DNA of 60,798 nt, counting the filler. It is 8 parts of 8 records of this genome, joined end to end, with 100 filler letters (N's around TTAATTAATTAA, not from the genome) between each part and the next. Parts side by side here need not be neighbours in the genome. Positions count along the whole stretch, not along the records: positions 6,219 to 14,139 come from DRR723986_20594; positions 14,240 to 23,827 come from DRR723986_20596; 6 more parts are not named here. The stretch is one strand, 5' to 3'. This document shows positions 8,943 through 19,522 of this stretch, piece by piece. Below the pieces are notes generated by a model that saw nothing but the letters and a program-made list of their open reading frames with translations, was not told the DNA's origin and searched no databases. Position 1 is the stretch's first letter; every line of letters starts with the position of its first letter. The position numbers were made by a program, and so were the translations under genes.

Positions 8943-9868
8943 TGTCAAAAAGTATTCTGGAATTGCGCCACCTGCGTACCCTACAGGCCATTGAACAAAC
9001 CGGCAGCCTTAGCCGTGCGGCCGATGTGTTGTGCATTACCCAAAGTGCGGTGTCGCATCAAGTCAAGGCGCTGGAAGACTGGCTAGGAGAAGAACTGGTC
9101 TACAAACAGGGTGGGCAAAGCCGTTTCAGCGTGGTGGGGCAGCGCCTGTTGCAACTGGCTGGGCAAGTGTTGGGGCAGGTGGACCAGGCGGAACTGGATA
9201 TTTTGCAAATGAAACAGGGCGCAGGCGGCCCGCTGCGTGTGGCCGTGGAGTGCCACACCTGCTTTGACTGGCTGATGCCATCGATGGATGTGTACCGCAA
9301 CCGATGGCCAGAAGTTGAACTGGACATTGTTTCCGGTTTTCATGCAGACCCGGTGGGGCTATTGCACAAGGGTGATGCGGAACTTGCAATTGTCTCCGAA
9401 CTTTGCGAGGAAGAGGGCATTGTTTCCTTTCCGCTGTTTCGGTTCGAAATGGTGGGCCTGGTGCCTGTGGATTCAAAACTGGCCAAACGTGCTTATTTGA
9501 AGCCCTCTGATTTCGCTGGTGAAACCTTGCTGACCTACCCGGTGCCCGACGACATGCTGGATGTGATCAAGCATTTTCTGACTCCCGCCGGTGTACAGGT
9601 GAAGCGCCGCAGCAGCGAACTGACTGTGGCGCTGTTGCAATTGGTGGCCAGCAAACGCGGGCTTTCGGCCTTGCCAGCCTGGGCGGTGAAAGGCTATGTG
9701 GACCGCGGTTATGTGGCCCAGGTGCCTTTGGGTAGAAAGGGTTTGATGTCAACCTTGTACGCAGCTTTACCCAAAGCCATCGCGGGCAAACATTACACCG
9801 CCGACTTTGTGGCGGTGATGCGGGAAGTGTGTGCGCGGGAACTGGATGGAATTGAGTTGTTGGGGTGA
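8942..9868 (+). CDS. metR: LysR-family regulator MetR
   Basis: LELRHLRTL HTH, VECHTCFDWLMP, LLTYPV; divergent from metE. Confidence 0.93.
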   Translation: MSKSILELRHLRTLQAIEQTGSLSRAADVLCITQSAVSHQVKALEDWLGEELVYKQGGQSRFSVVGQRLLQLAGQVLGQVDQAELDILQMKQGAGGPLRVAVECHTCFDWLMPSMDVYRNRWPEVELDIVSGFHADPVGLLHKGDAELAIVSELCEEEGIVSFPLFRFEMVGLVPVDSKLAKRAYLKPSDFAGETLLTYPVPDDMLDVIKHFLTPAGVQVKRRSSELTVALLQLVASKRGLSALPAWAVKGYVDRGYVAQVPLGRKGLMSTLYAALPKAIAGKHYTADFVAVMREVCARELDGIELLG

Positions 9869-10837
9869 TTACAGTGACACACCCGCCAGCTGAACATACA
9901 CAGGTATACCCACCAAAATATTCAGCGGAAATGTAATGCCCAAGGAAAGCCCAACATACAGACTCGGGTTTGCTTCCGGTATTGCATAACGCACCACAGC
10001 GGGCACGGCAATGTAGGAAGCGCTGGCGGCCAGCACCATGAGCAAGGCCGTATCACCTACACTGGCGCCTGTGGTTTTGGCCAAAACCCAAGCCAGGGCG
10101 GCGTGTGCTATCGGCGCAATTACCGCATACGCCACCATCCAGCGAGAAACCGTTTTTAGTTTCGGAAGGTGTTTGGCTGTGGTCAAGCCCATGTCGAGCA
10201 AGAAGAAAGCCAGCATGCCCTTGAACAAGTCGCCGGTGAAGGGTTGCATGGCCTGTTTGCCTTCCGCGCCACTCATGTAGCCGATCAGCATGGCTCCCAG
10301 CAGCAAAAGCTGTGCGCCTTCGGTGAACGATTCTTGCAGCAGGTGAGCAAAGCCTTTTCCAGGTGCCGGGCTTGAATTAGAACCTTGCCCATGCTTGCGT
10401 GCCATGTTGGCAAAGAGCACTGCCAAAATAATGGCGGGCGATTCCATCAAGGCCATGGCGGCAGCCATATGGCCACCATACGCGATGTCGGATTTTTCGA
10501 GAAACTGCACCGCAGTAATGAAAGTCACCGCGCTGACCGAGCCGTAGGTTGCTGCGATTGCGGCTGCATCAAAAGCGGAAATGCAGCGCTTCAAGATTGG
10601 GTAGCTGATCAAAGGCACCAGAACAGCCAGCACAACAGCACTTCCCAAACCGCCCAGCACTTGCGTATTGAATCCTGATTCATGCAAGGCAAAACCACCC
10701 TTCAGGCCCAGTGCCATCAGCAGGTAAAGGGAGAGGAATCGACTGACCTGTGCAGGAATTTCAAGATTGGATTTGATCAGTCCACTGAAAATGCCCAGAA
10801 GGAAGAACAGGATTACGGGGTCTGTGAAGTTGTTCAT
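9869..10837 (-). CDS. sbtA: Sodium-dependent bicarbonate transporter (SbtA family)
   Basis: YLLMALGLKGG, AATYGSVSAVTF, MALMESPAI, AASASYIAVPA, LGITFPLNI. Confidence 0.9.
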   Translation of the reverse strand: MNNFTDPVILFFLLGIFSGLIKSNLEIPAQVSRFLSLYLLMALGLKGGFALHESGFNTQVLGGLGSAVVLAVLVPLISYPILKRCISAFDAAAIAATYGSVSAVTFITAVQFLEKSDIAYGGHMAAAMALMESPAIILAVLFANMARKHGQGSNSSPAPGKGFAHLLQESFTEGAQLLLLGAMLIGYMSGAEGKQAMQPFTGDLFKGMLAFFLLDMGLTTAKHLPKLKTVSRWMVAYAVIAPIAHAALAWVLAKTTGASVGDTALLMVLAASASYIAVPAVVRYAIPEANPSLYVGLSLGITFPLNILVGIPVYVQLAGVSL

Positions 10838-10951
10838 GATGCGCGGAATATTGAAAGTGCGCCCATGCTATTCACAATGATCAATCATGTAAAATCAGAA
10901 AAAAAGAAAATATCATTATTAAAAGGTTATGCAAATGGCGAGGTATAAACC

Positions 10952-11848
10952 ATGAATCTGACTCTTCGGCAGCTTCACCTGTTCACTGCGCTTGCCCGCC
11001 TCAAGAGCATTACAGCGGTTGCGAGGCATTTTCATGTCACCCAGCCCACTGTGTCTATGCAAATGAAGGAGCTGGCAGAATCAGTGGGTTTGCCTTTGTA
11101 CGAGGTCATCGGCAAGGCGGTTTACCTAACCCCCGCTGGCCTGGAGCTTGAAACTACGGCGCGTGCCACGTTGGCGGAACTGGAAGCATTTCAGCAGAGG
11201 ATTGATGACATCAAAGGTTTTCGGCGAGGCAGGCTGACTGTGGCTGTGGTAAGTACAGCCGAATATTTTGTACCCCGCCTGTTGGGCGATTTCTGCACCA
11301 AATATCCGGAAGTTGAAATTGCACTGGAGGTGTTGAACCGCAATGGTGTTATTCAGCGGCTGGAACATAACCTTGATGACCTCTATATCATGTCCAAACC
11401 TCCCGCAAATCTTGATGTGGAGACCAAGGCCTTCATGACCAATTCCTTGCAGGTGGTTGCACCCGCCGACCATCCATTAACCCAGCGCAAGCGTATCAAA
11501 CACACCGAACTGTCTCGCTACCCATTTATTTTGCGGGAGAGGGGTTCAGGGACCCGCTTGGCTTGTGATTCGCATTTTGAAAGTTTGGGTTTTGAGCCGA
11601 CTGTACGGCTGGAACTGGGCAGCAATGAGGCCATTAAACAGGCGGTGCAAGGCGGCATGGGTTTGGCCGTACTTTCCGAACATGCCCTGAATGCGGGCAC
11701 GGCCGCAGGTAGTCTTCAGGTTTTGAATGTACAAAGCTTTCCTATTCACGCCAACTGGTACACGGTTCGGCCCAATGGCAAACGGCCTTCACCGGTGGCT
11801 GCCGATTTTTGGCGCTATTTGAATGTGGATTTAAAGAAAGGGCGCTGA
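10952..11848 (+). CDS. LysR regulator, CbbR/CmpR-like
   Basis: TLRQL HTH, AVVSTAEYFVPRLLG.F, RE.GSGTR, ELGSNEAIKQAV.GG.G. Confidence 0.88.
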   Translation: MNLTLRQLHLFTALARLKSITAVARHFHVTQPTVSMQMKELAESVGLPLYEVIGKAVYLTPAGLELETTARATLAELEAFQQRIDDIKGFRRGRLTVAVVSTAEYFVPRLLGDFCTKYPEVEIALEVLNRNGVIQRLEHNLDDLYIMSKPPANLDVETKAFMTNSLQVVAPADHPLTQRKRIKHTELSRYPFILRERGSGTRLACDSHFESLGFEPTVRLELGSNEAIKQAVQGGMGLAVLSEHALNAGTAAGSLQVLNVQSFPIHANWYTVRPNGKRPSPVAADFWRYLNVDLKKGR

Positions 11849-11879
11849 ATTGGGGTGTGGATTTGGACCATGCTTTAAA

Positions 11880-11893
11880 AACGAACGTTCGTT
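11880..11893. promoter_or_regulatory. Perfect 14-bp palindrome, candidate TetR-family operator upstream of beta-oxidation genes
   Basis: AACGAACGTTCGTT about 95 bp before the SDR start. Confidence 0.5.
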
Positions 11894-11988
11894 CGAATTC
11901 ATCCTCCACCTTGATGGTCTTTTCTGCGTTAACCTTGTGGTTAATCATCTATTTATTTCATAAATACAGCAGTTTTGGAGACTTTTGA

Positions 11989-12759
11989 ATGAATCTGAAT
12001 AATTTGGTAGCGGTGGTTACGGGTGGTGCGTCAGGTCTGGGCCTTGCAACGGTGGAGCAATTTGTTGCTGCTGGTGCCAAGGTGGCGGTGTTCGACATGA
12101 ACGAAGAGGCGGGTAAGGCCGCGCAGGCTGCGCACCCCGGCAAAGTGATTTTCCAGAAAGTAAACGTCGCGGATGCAGCGTCGGCTCGCGCGGGCATTGA
12201 TGCAACTTTAGCTGCCTTTGGTGCGATTCACATCGCAGTTAACTGTGCAGGTGTGGGCACAGCAGGAAAAACGCTGGACCGCGACAGCAAAGCACTTCCC
12301 CTTGAGGCGTTTGCGAAAACCATCAATATCAACCTGATTGGTACATTCAACATTGCAAGCCTGGCTGCTGAAGCCATGGCAAAGAACGCACCCGATGAAG
12401 ACGGCCAGCGTGGCGTGATCATCAACACCGCTTCGGTCGCTGCATTTGATGGTCAAACAGGTCAGGCTGCCTATTCAGCCAGTAAGGGTGGTGTGGTTGG
12501 CATGACCCTGCCCATGGCCCGCGATTTGGGTCGCTACGGCATTCGGGTCATGACCATTGCCCCAGGCATTTTTGACACGCCGATGATGCAAGGTGTTTCT
12601 GAGGAATACCGCCAGCCCTTGATCGCGATGGTTCAAAACCCCAAGCGGTTCGGTGCGCCCGCTGAATATGGTCGCCTGTGCGTGAGTATTGTCGAAAACA
12701 ATTACCTGAACGGTGAAACCATCCGTATCGATGGCAGCATTCGCATGCAGGCGAAGTAA
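11989..12759 (+). CDS. SDR oxidoreductase, type-2 3-hydroxyacyl-CoA dehydrogenase-like
   Basis: TGGASGLG, NCAG, INTASVAAFDGQ, YSASK, IAPGIFDTP. Confidence 0.9.
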   Translation: MNLNNLVAVVTGGASGLGLATVEQFVAAGAKVAVFDMNEEAGKAAQAAHPGKVIFQKVNVADAASARAGIDATLAAFGAIHIAVNCAGVGTAGKTLDRDSKALPLEAFAKTININLIGTFNIASLAAEAMAKNAPDEDGQRGVIINTASVAAFDGQTGQAAYSASKGGVVGMTLPMARDLGRYGIRVMTIAPGIFDTPMMQGVSEEYRQPLIAMVQNPKRFGAPAEYGRLCVSIVENNYLNGETIRIDGSIRMQAK

Positions 12760-12785
12760 TAGAAGCATCTGAAAAAGGAATCATC

Positions 12786-13949
12786 ATGGGCACCGTAGAC
12801 CAATTCAAAATGGCTGAAAATGAGGACATCACTTTGTTTCGGGACATGCTGTTGCGCTGTCTCGAAAAAGAGGTGATTCCGCACTACGACCAATGGGAGA
12901 AAGACGGCTGGATGCCCAAGGAAGCCTGGCTGACGCTGGGTGCCGCCGGCATGTTGGGGCCAGACATGCCTGAGGAATTCGGCGCCGCCGGAGCTCCGTT
13001 CGAAGTGGCTCTGATGATTCTGGAAGAAACCTGTCGCTTGAACTTGCACTCGCTCAGCACCGCTTTGAATGTGCATGCCAACATCGTGATGCCCTACATC
13101 AATAACCTGGGCACTGCTGAGCAAAAAGCACAGTGGTTGCCCCGTATGGTCACGGGTGAAATTGTGGGTTCAATTGGCATGACTGAGCCAGGGGCGGGTA
13201 GTGATTTGGCGGGCATGCGCACCAACGCAGTTCGCGACGGGAACGAATGGGTGATCAATGGCTCAAAAACTTTCATTACGAATGGTTTGCATTGTGGCCT
13301 GATCGTATTGGCCGCAAAAACCGATACCACCAAAGGTGCCAAAGGCATCAGCCTGTTTTTGGTGGACAGCAGTTTGCCTGGTTTCAAGAAAGGCAAAGGC
13401 ATCAAAAAAATGGGTCAGCATTCCAATGACACCGCAGAGCTGTTTTTCGACAACCTGCGCGTGCCCGCCAATGCCTTGCTGGGTGAGGAAAATAAAGGCT
13501 TTATTTATTTGATGCAAGAACTGCCGCGCGAGCGCCTGGGCCTGGGTTCTCAGGCCGTCGGTGCCTGTGAAGGTGCCATGGCGATAACTGCAGAATACGT
13601 CACCCAACGCAAGGCGTTTGGCAGCACGGTTTCGCAGTTCCAGAACACGCGATTCAAAATGGCTGAGCTGCGCGCACAGCTGGAATTGACCAAAGCTTAC
13701 TTGAGGCAGTGTGAGGCGCGCTTCAAACTGGGGGCGATGACGACTGAGGAGGCCTCAATCCTGAAGCTGATGTCCACCGAGTTGCAGGTGAAATTGACCC
13801 ATGAGTGCTTGCAGCTGTTTGGCGGATACGGTTACACCGAGGAATACCCAATTTCAAGATTCTTCACCGATGCGCGGGTGCAAACCATTTATGCGGGCAC
13901 GTCGGAAATCATGAAAGAGGTGATTGCGCGTGGAGAGTTGGGACGGTAG
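12786..13949 (+). CDS. Acyl-CoA dehydrogenase (long-chain type)
   Basis: MTEPGAGSD, NGSKTFITNG, RKAFG, CLQLFGGYGY, IYAGTSEIMK. Confidence 0.93.
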   Translation: MGTVDQFKMAENEDITLFRDMLLRCLEKEVIPHYDQWEKDGWMPKEAWLTLGAAGMLGPDMPEEFGAAGAPFEVALMILEETCRLNLHSLSTALNVHANIVMPYINNLGTAEQKAQWLPRMVTGEIVGSIGMTEPGAGSDLAGMRTNAVRDGNEWVINGSKTFITNGLHCGLIVLAAKTDTTKGAKGISLFLVDSSLPGFKKGKGIKKMGQHSNDTAELFFDNLRVPANALLGEENKGFIYLMQELPRERLGLGSQAVGACEGAMAITAEYVTQRKAFGSTVSQFQNTRFKMAELRAQLELTKAYLRQCEARFKLGAMTTEEASILKLMSTELQVKLTHECLQLFGGYGYTEEYPISRFFTDARVQTIYAGTSEIMKEVIARGELGR

Positions 13950-14239
13950 GCGACGACTGTTATTTCGCCAACTCGACGGGGTTGCCCGATTCCTCACTCA
14001 CCGACGTTAGCGAACATACTCCAGCCAATCAGCAGCGATGTCCCAATCGCTTCGCCTTAAAGAAAACCTGCCCGTTTGAATTCATCCGCCACGGTCGGCC
14101 AAGGGCCGGCACCGAGACTCGGCCCGCTTTTTTGCCGAGNNNNNNNNNNNNNNNNNNNNNNNNNNNNNNNNNNNNNNNNNNNNTTAATTAATTAANNNNN
14201 NNNNNNNNNNNNNNNNNNNNNNNNNNNNNNNNNNNNNNN

Positions 14240-15708
14240 TGCTGTTCATCGGCGCGATGGGCAAGTCGGCGCAACTGTTCCTGCACACATGGTTGCCTGA
14301 CGCTATGGAAGGTCCGACGCCTGTGTCGGCGCTGATCCACGCCGCCACCATGGTGACCGCTGGTGTTTTCTTGGTCTGCCGTATGTCGCCGCTGATGGAG
14401 TTTGCACCCGCGGCAACTGGGTTCATCACGGTCATCGGTGCAACCACCGCATTTTTCGCGGCCACCGTTGGCTTGGTACAGACGGATATCAAACGCGTTA
14501 TTGCTTATTCGACCTGTTCGCAGTTGGGCTATATGTTCGTGGCTGCAGGCGTCGGCATGTATTCAGCGGCAATGTTCCACTTGTTCACTCATGCGTTCTT
14601 TAAGGCGCTGTTGTTCCTTGGGGCTGGTTCGGTCATCCATGCGATGCACCATGAACAGGACATGACCAACTATGGTGGATTGCGGAAGAAAATTCCGTTC
14701 ACATACTGGTCTATGATGATTGGGACACTGGCCATCACCGGTGTTGGCATTCCCCTGACGACCATCGGTTTTGCGGGTTTCCTGTCAAAAGATGCGATCA
14801 TCGAGAGCGCGTATGCCGGTGGGTCCGGCTATGGGTTCTGGATGCTGGTTATCGCGGCGGCTATGACCAGCTTCTACAGTTGGCGCCTGATTTTCCTCAC
14901 GTTCTTTGGTGAGGCACGTGGCAACAAACATACGCATGACCATGCGCATGAAAGCCCCAAAGTGATGTTGATCCCGTTGGGCGCATTGTCTGTGGGCGCC
15001 GTTTTGGCAGGCATGTTGTGGTATGCGCCTTTCTTTGGCAGTACCGAACGCGTCAGCACTTTTTATGGCATTCCACAGGCAGAAGCAGCCGGTCATGGCG
15101 AAACCACCTCGCACGGAGCGTCAAGCACCGATACCGTTTCGCATGATGCACCTAAAGTGGATGATCATAGCGCGTCTGAGGCGGCCGCGAGTGATCACGC
15201 ATCGGATGCAGAGGGACATGGCGACGGGCATCACGCGATGTTTGCAGGTAAACCGGGCGAGGGGGCGTTGTATTTCGCACCCGACAACAATGTCCTGAAC
15301 GACGCGCATTCTGCACCCAAGTGGGTCAAGGTGTCTCCGTTCATCGCGATGTTGCTGGGTCTTGGTCTGGCGATCTGGTTCTACTTGGTCAACACCACGT
15401 TGCCTGCGCGCTTGGCCGCGACGTTCCAGCCGCTCTATTTGTTCCTGAAGAACAAGTGGTACTTTGACGAGCTGTATGACGTTGTATTCGTCAAACCTGC
15501 TTTGGCCATTGGTCGGTTCTTGTGGAAGCGCGGGGATGGCAATGTCATCGACGGGTTCCTGAACGGCGTTGCCATGGGCATCGTTCCCTTCTTTACCCGC
15601 CTCGCAGGTAAGGCGCAGTCGGGTTACATATTTACCTATGCCTTCTGGATGGTTCTGGGCATTGCTGCCCTTGTCACCTGGATGTCGATCGGCGGAGGCG
15701 CACACTAA
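14240..15708 (+). CDS. nuoL: NADH-quinone oxidoreductase subunit L (5' truncated)
   Basis: [51 protein letters not shown]. Confidence 0.96.
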
Positions 15709-17249
15709 TGGATAATATCCTCTCCATCGTCACCTTCGTTCCAGCACTGGCTGGTCTGATCCTGGCGGTTTTTCTCCGGGGCGAGGATGCGGCAGCGCAA
15801 CGTAATGCCAAATTGGTCGCGTTGTTTGCCTCAACTGTCACGTTTCTGGTGTCCATCGGCATCTACACAGGCTTTGACCCCGCCAATACAGGGTTTCAGT
15901 TTGTAGAAGAAGGCGAATGGCTGCTGGGCCTTAAATACAAGATGGGCGTGGACGGCATTTCGGTTCTGTTCGTGCTGCTGACAACGTTCATCATGCCACT
16001 GACCATTTTGGCCAGCTGGAATGTCACCCATCGCGTCAAAGAATACATGATCGCCTTCTTGCTGCTTGAAACGCTCATGCTGGGTGTGTTCATGGCGCTG
16101 GATCTGGTGTTGTTCTACCTGTTCTTCGAGGCCGGGTTGATCCCAATGTTCCTGATCATCGGGATTTGGGGCGGCAAAGAACGTATCTACGCTAGCTTCA
16201 AGTTCTTCCTCTACACCTTCCTTGGGTCGGTGCTGATGCTGGTCGCGATGGTTGCGATGTATGCAGATGCCCAAACCACAGACATCACGGTTCTACTGAC
16301 GCATCAATTCTCCGCCGCGAGCTTCTCGGTGCTTGGGGTACATGTGGTCGGCGGGATGCAAACGTTGATGTTCCTCGCGTTCTTTGCCTCGTTCGCTGTG
16401 AAAATGCCAATGTGGCCGGTACATACTTGGTTGCCCGATGCGCACGTTCAGGCCCCTACAGCGGGCTCGGTGGTTCTGGCTGCGATCCTGTTGAAGATGG
16501 GCGGCTACGGCTTCTTGCGCTTTAGCTTGCCGATGTTCCCGGTCGGGTCAGATGTTTTGGCCCCCATGGTTCTTTGGATGTCGGCGATTGCTGTTGTTTA
16601 CACATCCATGGTCGCCATGGTGCAGGAAGACATGAAAAAGCTGATCGCTTATTCGTCTGTTGCGCACATGGGTTTTGTGACGATGGGGATCTTTGCGGCT
16701 AATCAACAAGGTGTGGATGGGGCGATCTTTCAGATGCTCAGCCACGGTTTTATTTCAGCTGCTTTGTTCCTGTGTGTCGGTGTGATCTATGATCGGATGC
16801 ATACACGCGAGATTGACGCTTATGGCGGTCTGGTCAGCCGGATGCCTGCTTATGCGCTGGTGTTCATGCTGTTCACGATGGCAAACGTCGGCCTTCCGGG
16901 AACTTCTGGGTTTGTTGGGGAATTCCTGACGCTGATGGGCACCTTCCAGAAAAACACTTGGGTTGCAGCGGTTGCGGCAACTGGGGTTATTTTCTCGGCC
17001 GGATATGCCCTGTGGCTGTACCGTCGAGTTGTGTTCGGGGATCTTATCCGAGAAAGCCTCAAGTCCATCACGGACATGGATAGTCGCGAACGCCTTGTGT
17101 TTGCGCCATTGATCGTGATGACCATCCTGCTTGGTGTTTATCCATCACTCGTCACCGATATTATCGGCCCGTCAACTGCGGCGCTGGTTTCGAATTTTGA
17201 CTCGGCTTTGGCCGCGGCTGACACCGCGACCCAAGTCGCATCGCACTAA
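15708..17249 (+). CDS. nuoM: NADH-quinone oxidoreductase subunit M
   Basis: [42 protein letters not shown]. Confidence 0.97.
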   Translation: MDNILSIVTFVPALAGLILAVFLRGEDAAAQRNAKLVALFASTVTFLVSIGIYTGFDPANTGFQFVEEGEWLLGLKYKMGVDGISVLFVLLTTFIMPLTILASWNVTHRVKEYMIAFLLLETLMLGVFMALDLVLFYLFFEAGLIPMFLIIGIWGGKERIYASFKFFLYTFLGSVLMLVAMVAMYADAQTTDITVLLTHQFSAASFSVLGVHVVGGMQTLMFLAFFASFAVKMPMWPVHTWLPDAHVQAPTAGSVVLAAILLKMGGYGFLRFSLPMFPVGSDVLAPMVLWMSAIAVVYTSMVAMVQEDMKKLIAYSSVAHMGFVTMGIFAANQQGVDGAIFQMLSHGFISAALFLCVGVIYDRMHTREIDAYGGLVSRMPAYALVFMLFTMANVGLPGTSGFVGEFLTLMGTFQKNTWVAAVAATGVIFSAGYALWLYRRVVFGDLIRESLKSITDMDSRERLVFAPLIVMTILLGVYPSLVTDIIGPSTAALVSNFDSALAAADTATQVASH

Positions 17250-17264
17250 GGGAGCTTTGGGAAA

Positions 17265-18707
17265 ATGATCCAGGCTGATCTGATCGTAATTCTGCCAGAG
17301 ATCCTGCTGGCTGTTTACGCCATGGGCGCCCTGTTGGTGGCGGTGTACACAATCAAAGACGGGATGGCGCCAACACTGGTCTGGTTGACCAGTGCCATCA
17401 TGGTGTTTCTCGCTGCGGTGATTATCACCGGCGGGGCAGGGACCAATGTTGCCTTTAACGGGATGTTTGTTGACGACAGTTTCTCGCGCTTTGCCAAGGC
17501 GGCGATTTTGTTGTCGGGCGCTGCCGTATTGGTGATGAGCCAAGAATACATGTCGCGTCGCGGGTTGCTGCGGTTTGAATACCCTTTGCTGATCGCGTTG
17601 GCCTCAGTGGGTATGATGATGATGGTCTCGGCAGGCGATTTGATGTCGCTGTATATGGGCCTCGAACTGCAATCTCTGGCGCTTTATGTGGTTGCTGCAC
17701 TGCGTCGTGATAGCATCAAATCGACAGAAGCAGGTCTGAAGTATTTTGTGCTGGGTGCGTTGAGCTCGGGTTTGCTGCTATATGGCGCATCTTTGATCTA
17801 CGGTTTTTCGGGAACAACACTGTTCTCGGGCATCATTCAAACGGCGCAACATGGATCAGTCTCGGTCGGGCTGTTGTTCGGCTTGGTGTTCCTGATCTCT
17901 GGCCTTGCGTTCAAAGTATCGGCCGTTCCGTTCCACATGTGGACCCCGGACGTTTACGAAGGGTCCCCTACGCCGATCACGGCCTTTTTTGCCACCGCAC
18001 CGAAAGTTGCTGCAATGGGCTTGTTTGCGCGTGTTCTGCATGATGCCTTTGGCGCGGCTGTTTCTGACTGGCAGCAGGTTCTTGTTGTTCTGTCGGTGTT
18101 GTCGATGTTCTTGGGGGCGGTTGCCGCCATTGGACAGCGCGATATCAAACGACTGATGGCGTTTTCGTCGATTGCGCACATGGGGTATGCGCTGATTGGT
18201 CTGGCTGCTGGGACCGTGTTGGGTGTGCAGTCGATGCTGATCTACATGGCAATCTATGTCACAATGAACGTCGGGACCTTTGCCTTTATCCTGATGATGG
18301 AGCGGGACGGACAACCGATCACTGATATTGATGCGCTGCGGATGTATGCAAGCCGTGAACCTGCCAAAGCATTGGCTGTTCTGGTGCTGATGTTCAGCCT
18401 TGCAGGCGTGCCACCGTTTCTTGGGTTCTTTGCCAAGTTCGGCGTCTGGCAAGCTGCTATTGATGCGGGCTTGATGGGCTTGGTCGTTGCCTCTGCCATC
18501 GCTTCTGTCATTGGCGCGTTTTATTACCTGCGGATCGTGTTCTACATGTATTTCGGCGGGGAAACAGATGAACAGCTGGACACCCATTCGTCACCGGTTT
18601 TGTGGACGGCTTTGATGGGATCGGCTGCATTGATGATGGTTGGTGTCTTTTATCAATTCGGGATCGAAGGGGCCGCAGCCTCTGCGGCTGCAGCACTTGT
18701 TAACTAA
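17265..18707 (+). CDS. nuoN: NADH-quinone oxidoreductase subunit N
   Basis: [44 protein letters not shown]. Confidence 0.97.
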   Translation: MIQADLIVILPEILLAVYAMGALLVAVYTIKDGMAPTLVWLTSAIMVFLAAVIITGGAGTNVAFNGMFVDDSFSRFAKAAILLSGAAVLVMSQEYMSRRGLLRFEYPLLIALASVGMMMMVSAGDLMSLYMGLELQSLALYVVAALRRDSIKSTEAGLKYFVLGALSSGLLLYGASLIYGFSGTTLFSGIIQTAQHGSVSVGLLFGLVFLISGLAFKVSAVPFHMWTPDVYEGSPTPITAFFATAPKVAAMGLFARVLHDAFGAAVSDWQQVLVVLSVLSMFLGAVAAIGQRDIKRLMAFSSIAHMGYALIGLAAGTVLGVQSMLIYMAIYVTMNVGTFAFILMMERDGQPITDIDALRMYASREPAKALAVLVLMFSLAGVPPFLGFFAKFGVWQAAIDAGLMGLVVASAIASVIGAFYYLRIVFYMYFGGETDEQLDTHSSPVLWTALMGSAALMMVGVFYQFGIEGAAASAAAALVN

Positions 18708-18731
18708 TCTCGACTTTAATCTAACAGAGGG

Positions 18732-18758
18732 GGCTCGGTCGTTTGACCGGGCCTTTTT
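18732..18758 (+). terminator. Intrinsic terminator after nuoN
   Basis: GGCTCGGTC-gttt-GACCGGGCC-TTTTT. Confidence 0.65.
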
Positions 18759-18761
18759 GCG

Positions 18762-19511
18762 ATGAATGACTGGCCAACTGGATACGGAAAACGGGTGCTT
18801 GCAGAAGTCGACAGCACCTTGAACGAAGCCGCGCGCATTGCGCCGACCTTGACGGGCCCCGAATGGATATTGGCGCTGCGCCAAACTGCGGGCCGGGGGC
18901 GGCGCGGGCGGGCCTGGACAGACCCGCGCGGCAATCTGGCCTCGACTTTGGTCATGCGCCCCGAGGGCGAGCCGGGACAGATTGCGTTGCGCAGTTTCGT
19001 TGCAGCATTGGCGCTGTATGATGCCTGTATCGCGGTGACAGGGCGTGCGACTGGGCTGTCACTGAAATGGCCAAATGATGTTTTGCTAAACGGCGGGAAA
19101 TTGGCAGGGATCCTGTTGGAAAGCGCTGGCCAAGCGGGCGGTGTGACACATCTTGCCATCGGGATCGGGGTTAACTTGGCCGAAGCGCCGCCCGTTGAAA
19201 ACGTCGAAGGGGGGGCATTGCGCCCTGTGTCTTTGTTGTCTGAAACGGGGGCAATGGTCACACCCGAGGCATTCCTGAGTGAGTTGGCCCTTGCATATGA
19301 TCGCTACGAAACCCAATTCACCACCTATGGGTTTGAGCCGATCAGAACCGCCTGGTTGTCCCGCGCCGCGAAATTGGGCGAGGTGATTACTGCCCGTACC
19401 GCAACGTCTGAAACGGTTGGTACCTTTGAAACGGTGGACGCCACAGGCAACCTTGTCTTAAACACTGCTAAAGGTCGGGTTACCATTCCGGCGGCAGATG
19501 TATTTTTCTGA
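18762..19511 (+). CDS. birA: Biotin-protein ligase (no HTH domain)
   Basis: DST, QTAGRGRRGRAW, LKWPNDVL..GGKLAGILLE. Confidence 0.95.
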   Translation: MNDWPTGYGKRVLAEVDSTLNEAARIAPTLTGPEWILALRQTAGRGRRGRAWTDPRGNLASTLVMRPEGEPGQIALRSFVAALALYDACIAVTGRATGLSLKWPNDVLLNGGKLAGILLESAGQAGGVTHLAIGIGVNLAEAPPVENVEGGALRPVSLLSETGAMVTPEAFLSELALAYDRYETQFTTYGFEPIRTAWLSRAAKLGEVITARTATSETVGTFETVDATGNLVLNTAKGRVTIPAADVFF

Positions 19512-19522
19512 GGATCCAAAAC

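Noticed and set aside
13950..14139. Possible 3' end of a minus-strand gene
   Set aside because: Too short to assign a frame or family
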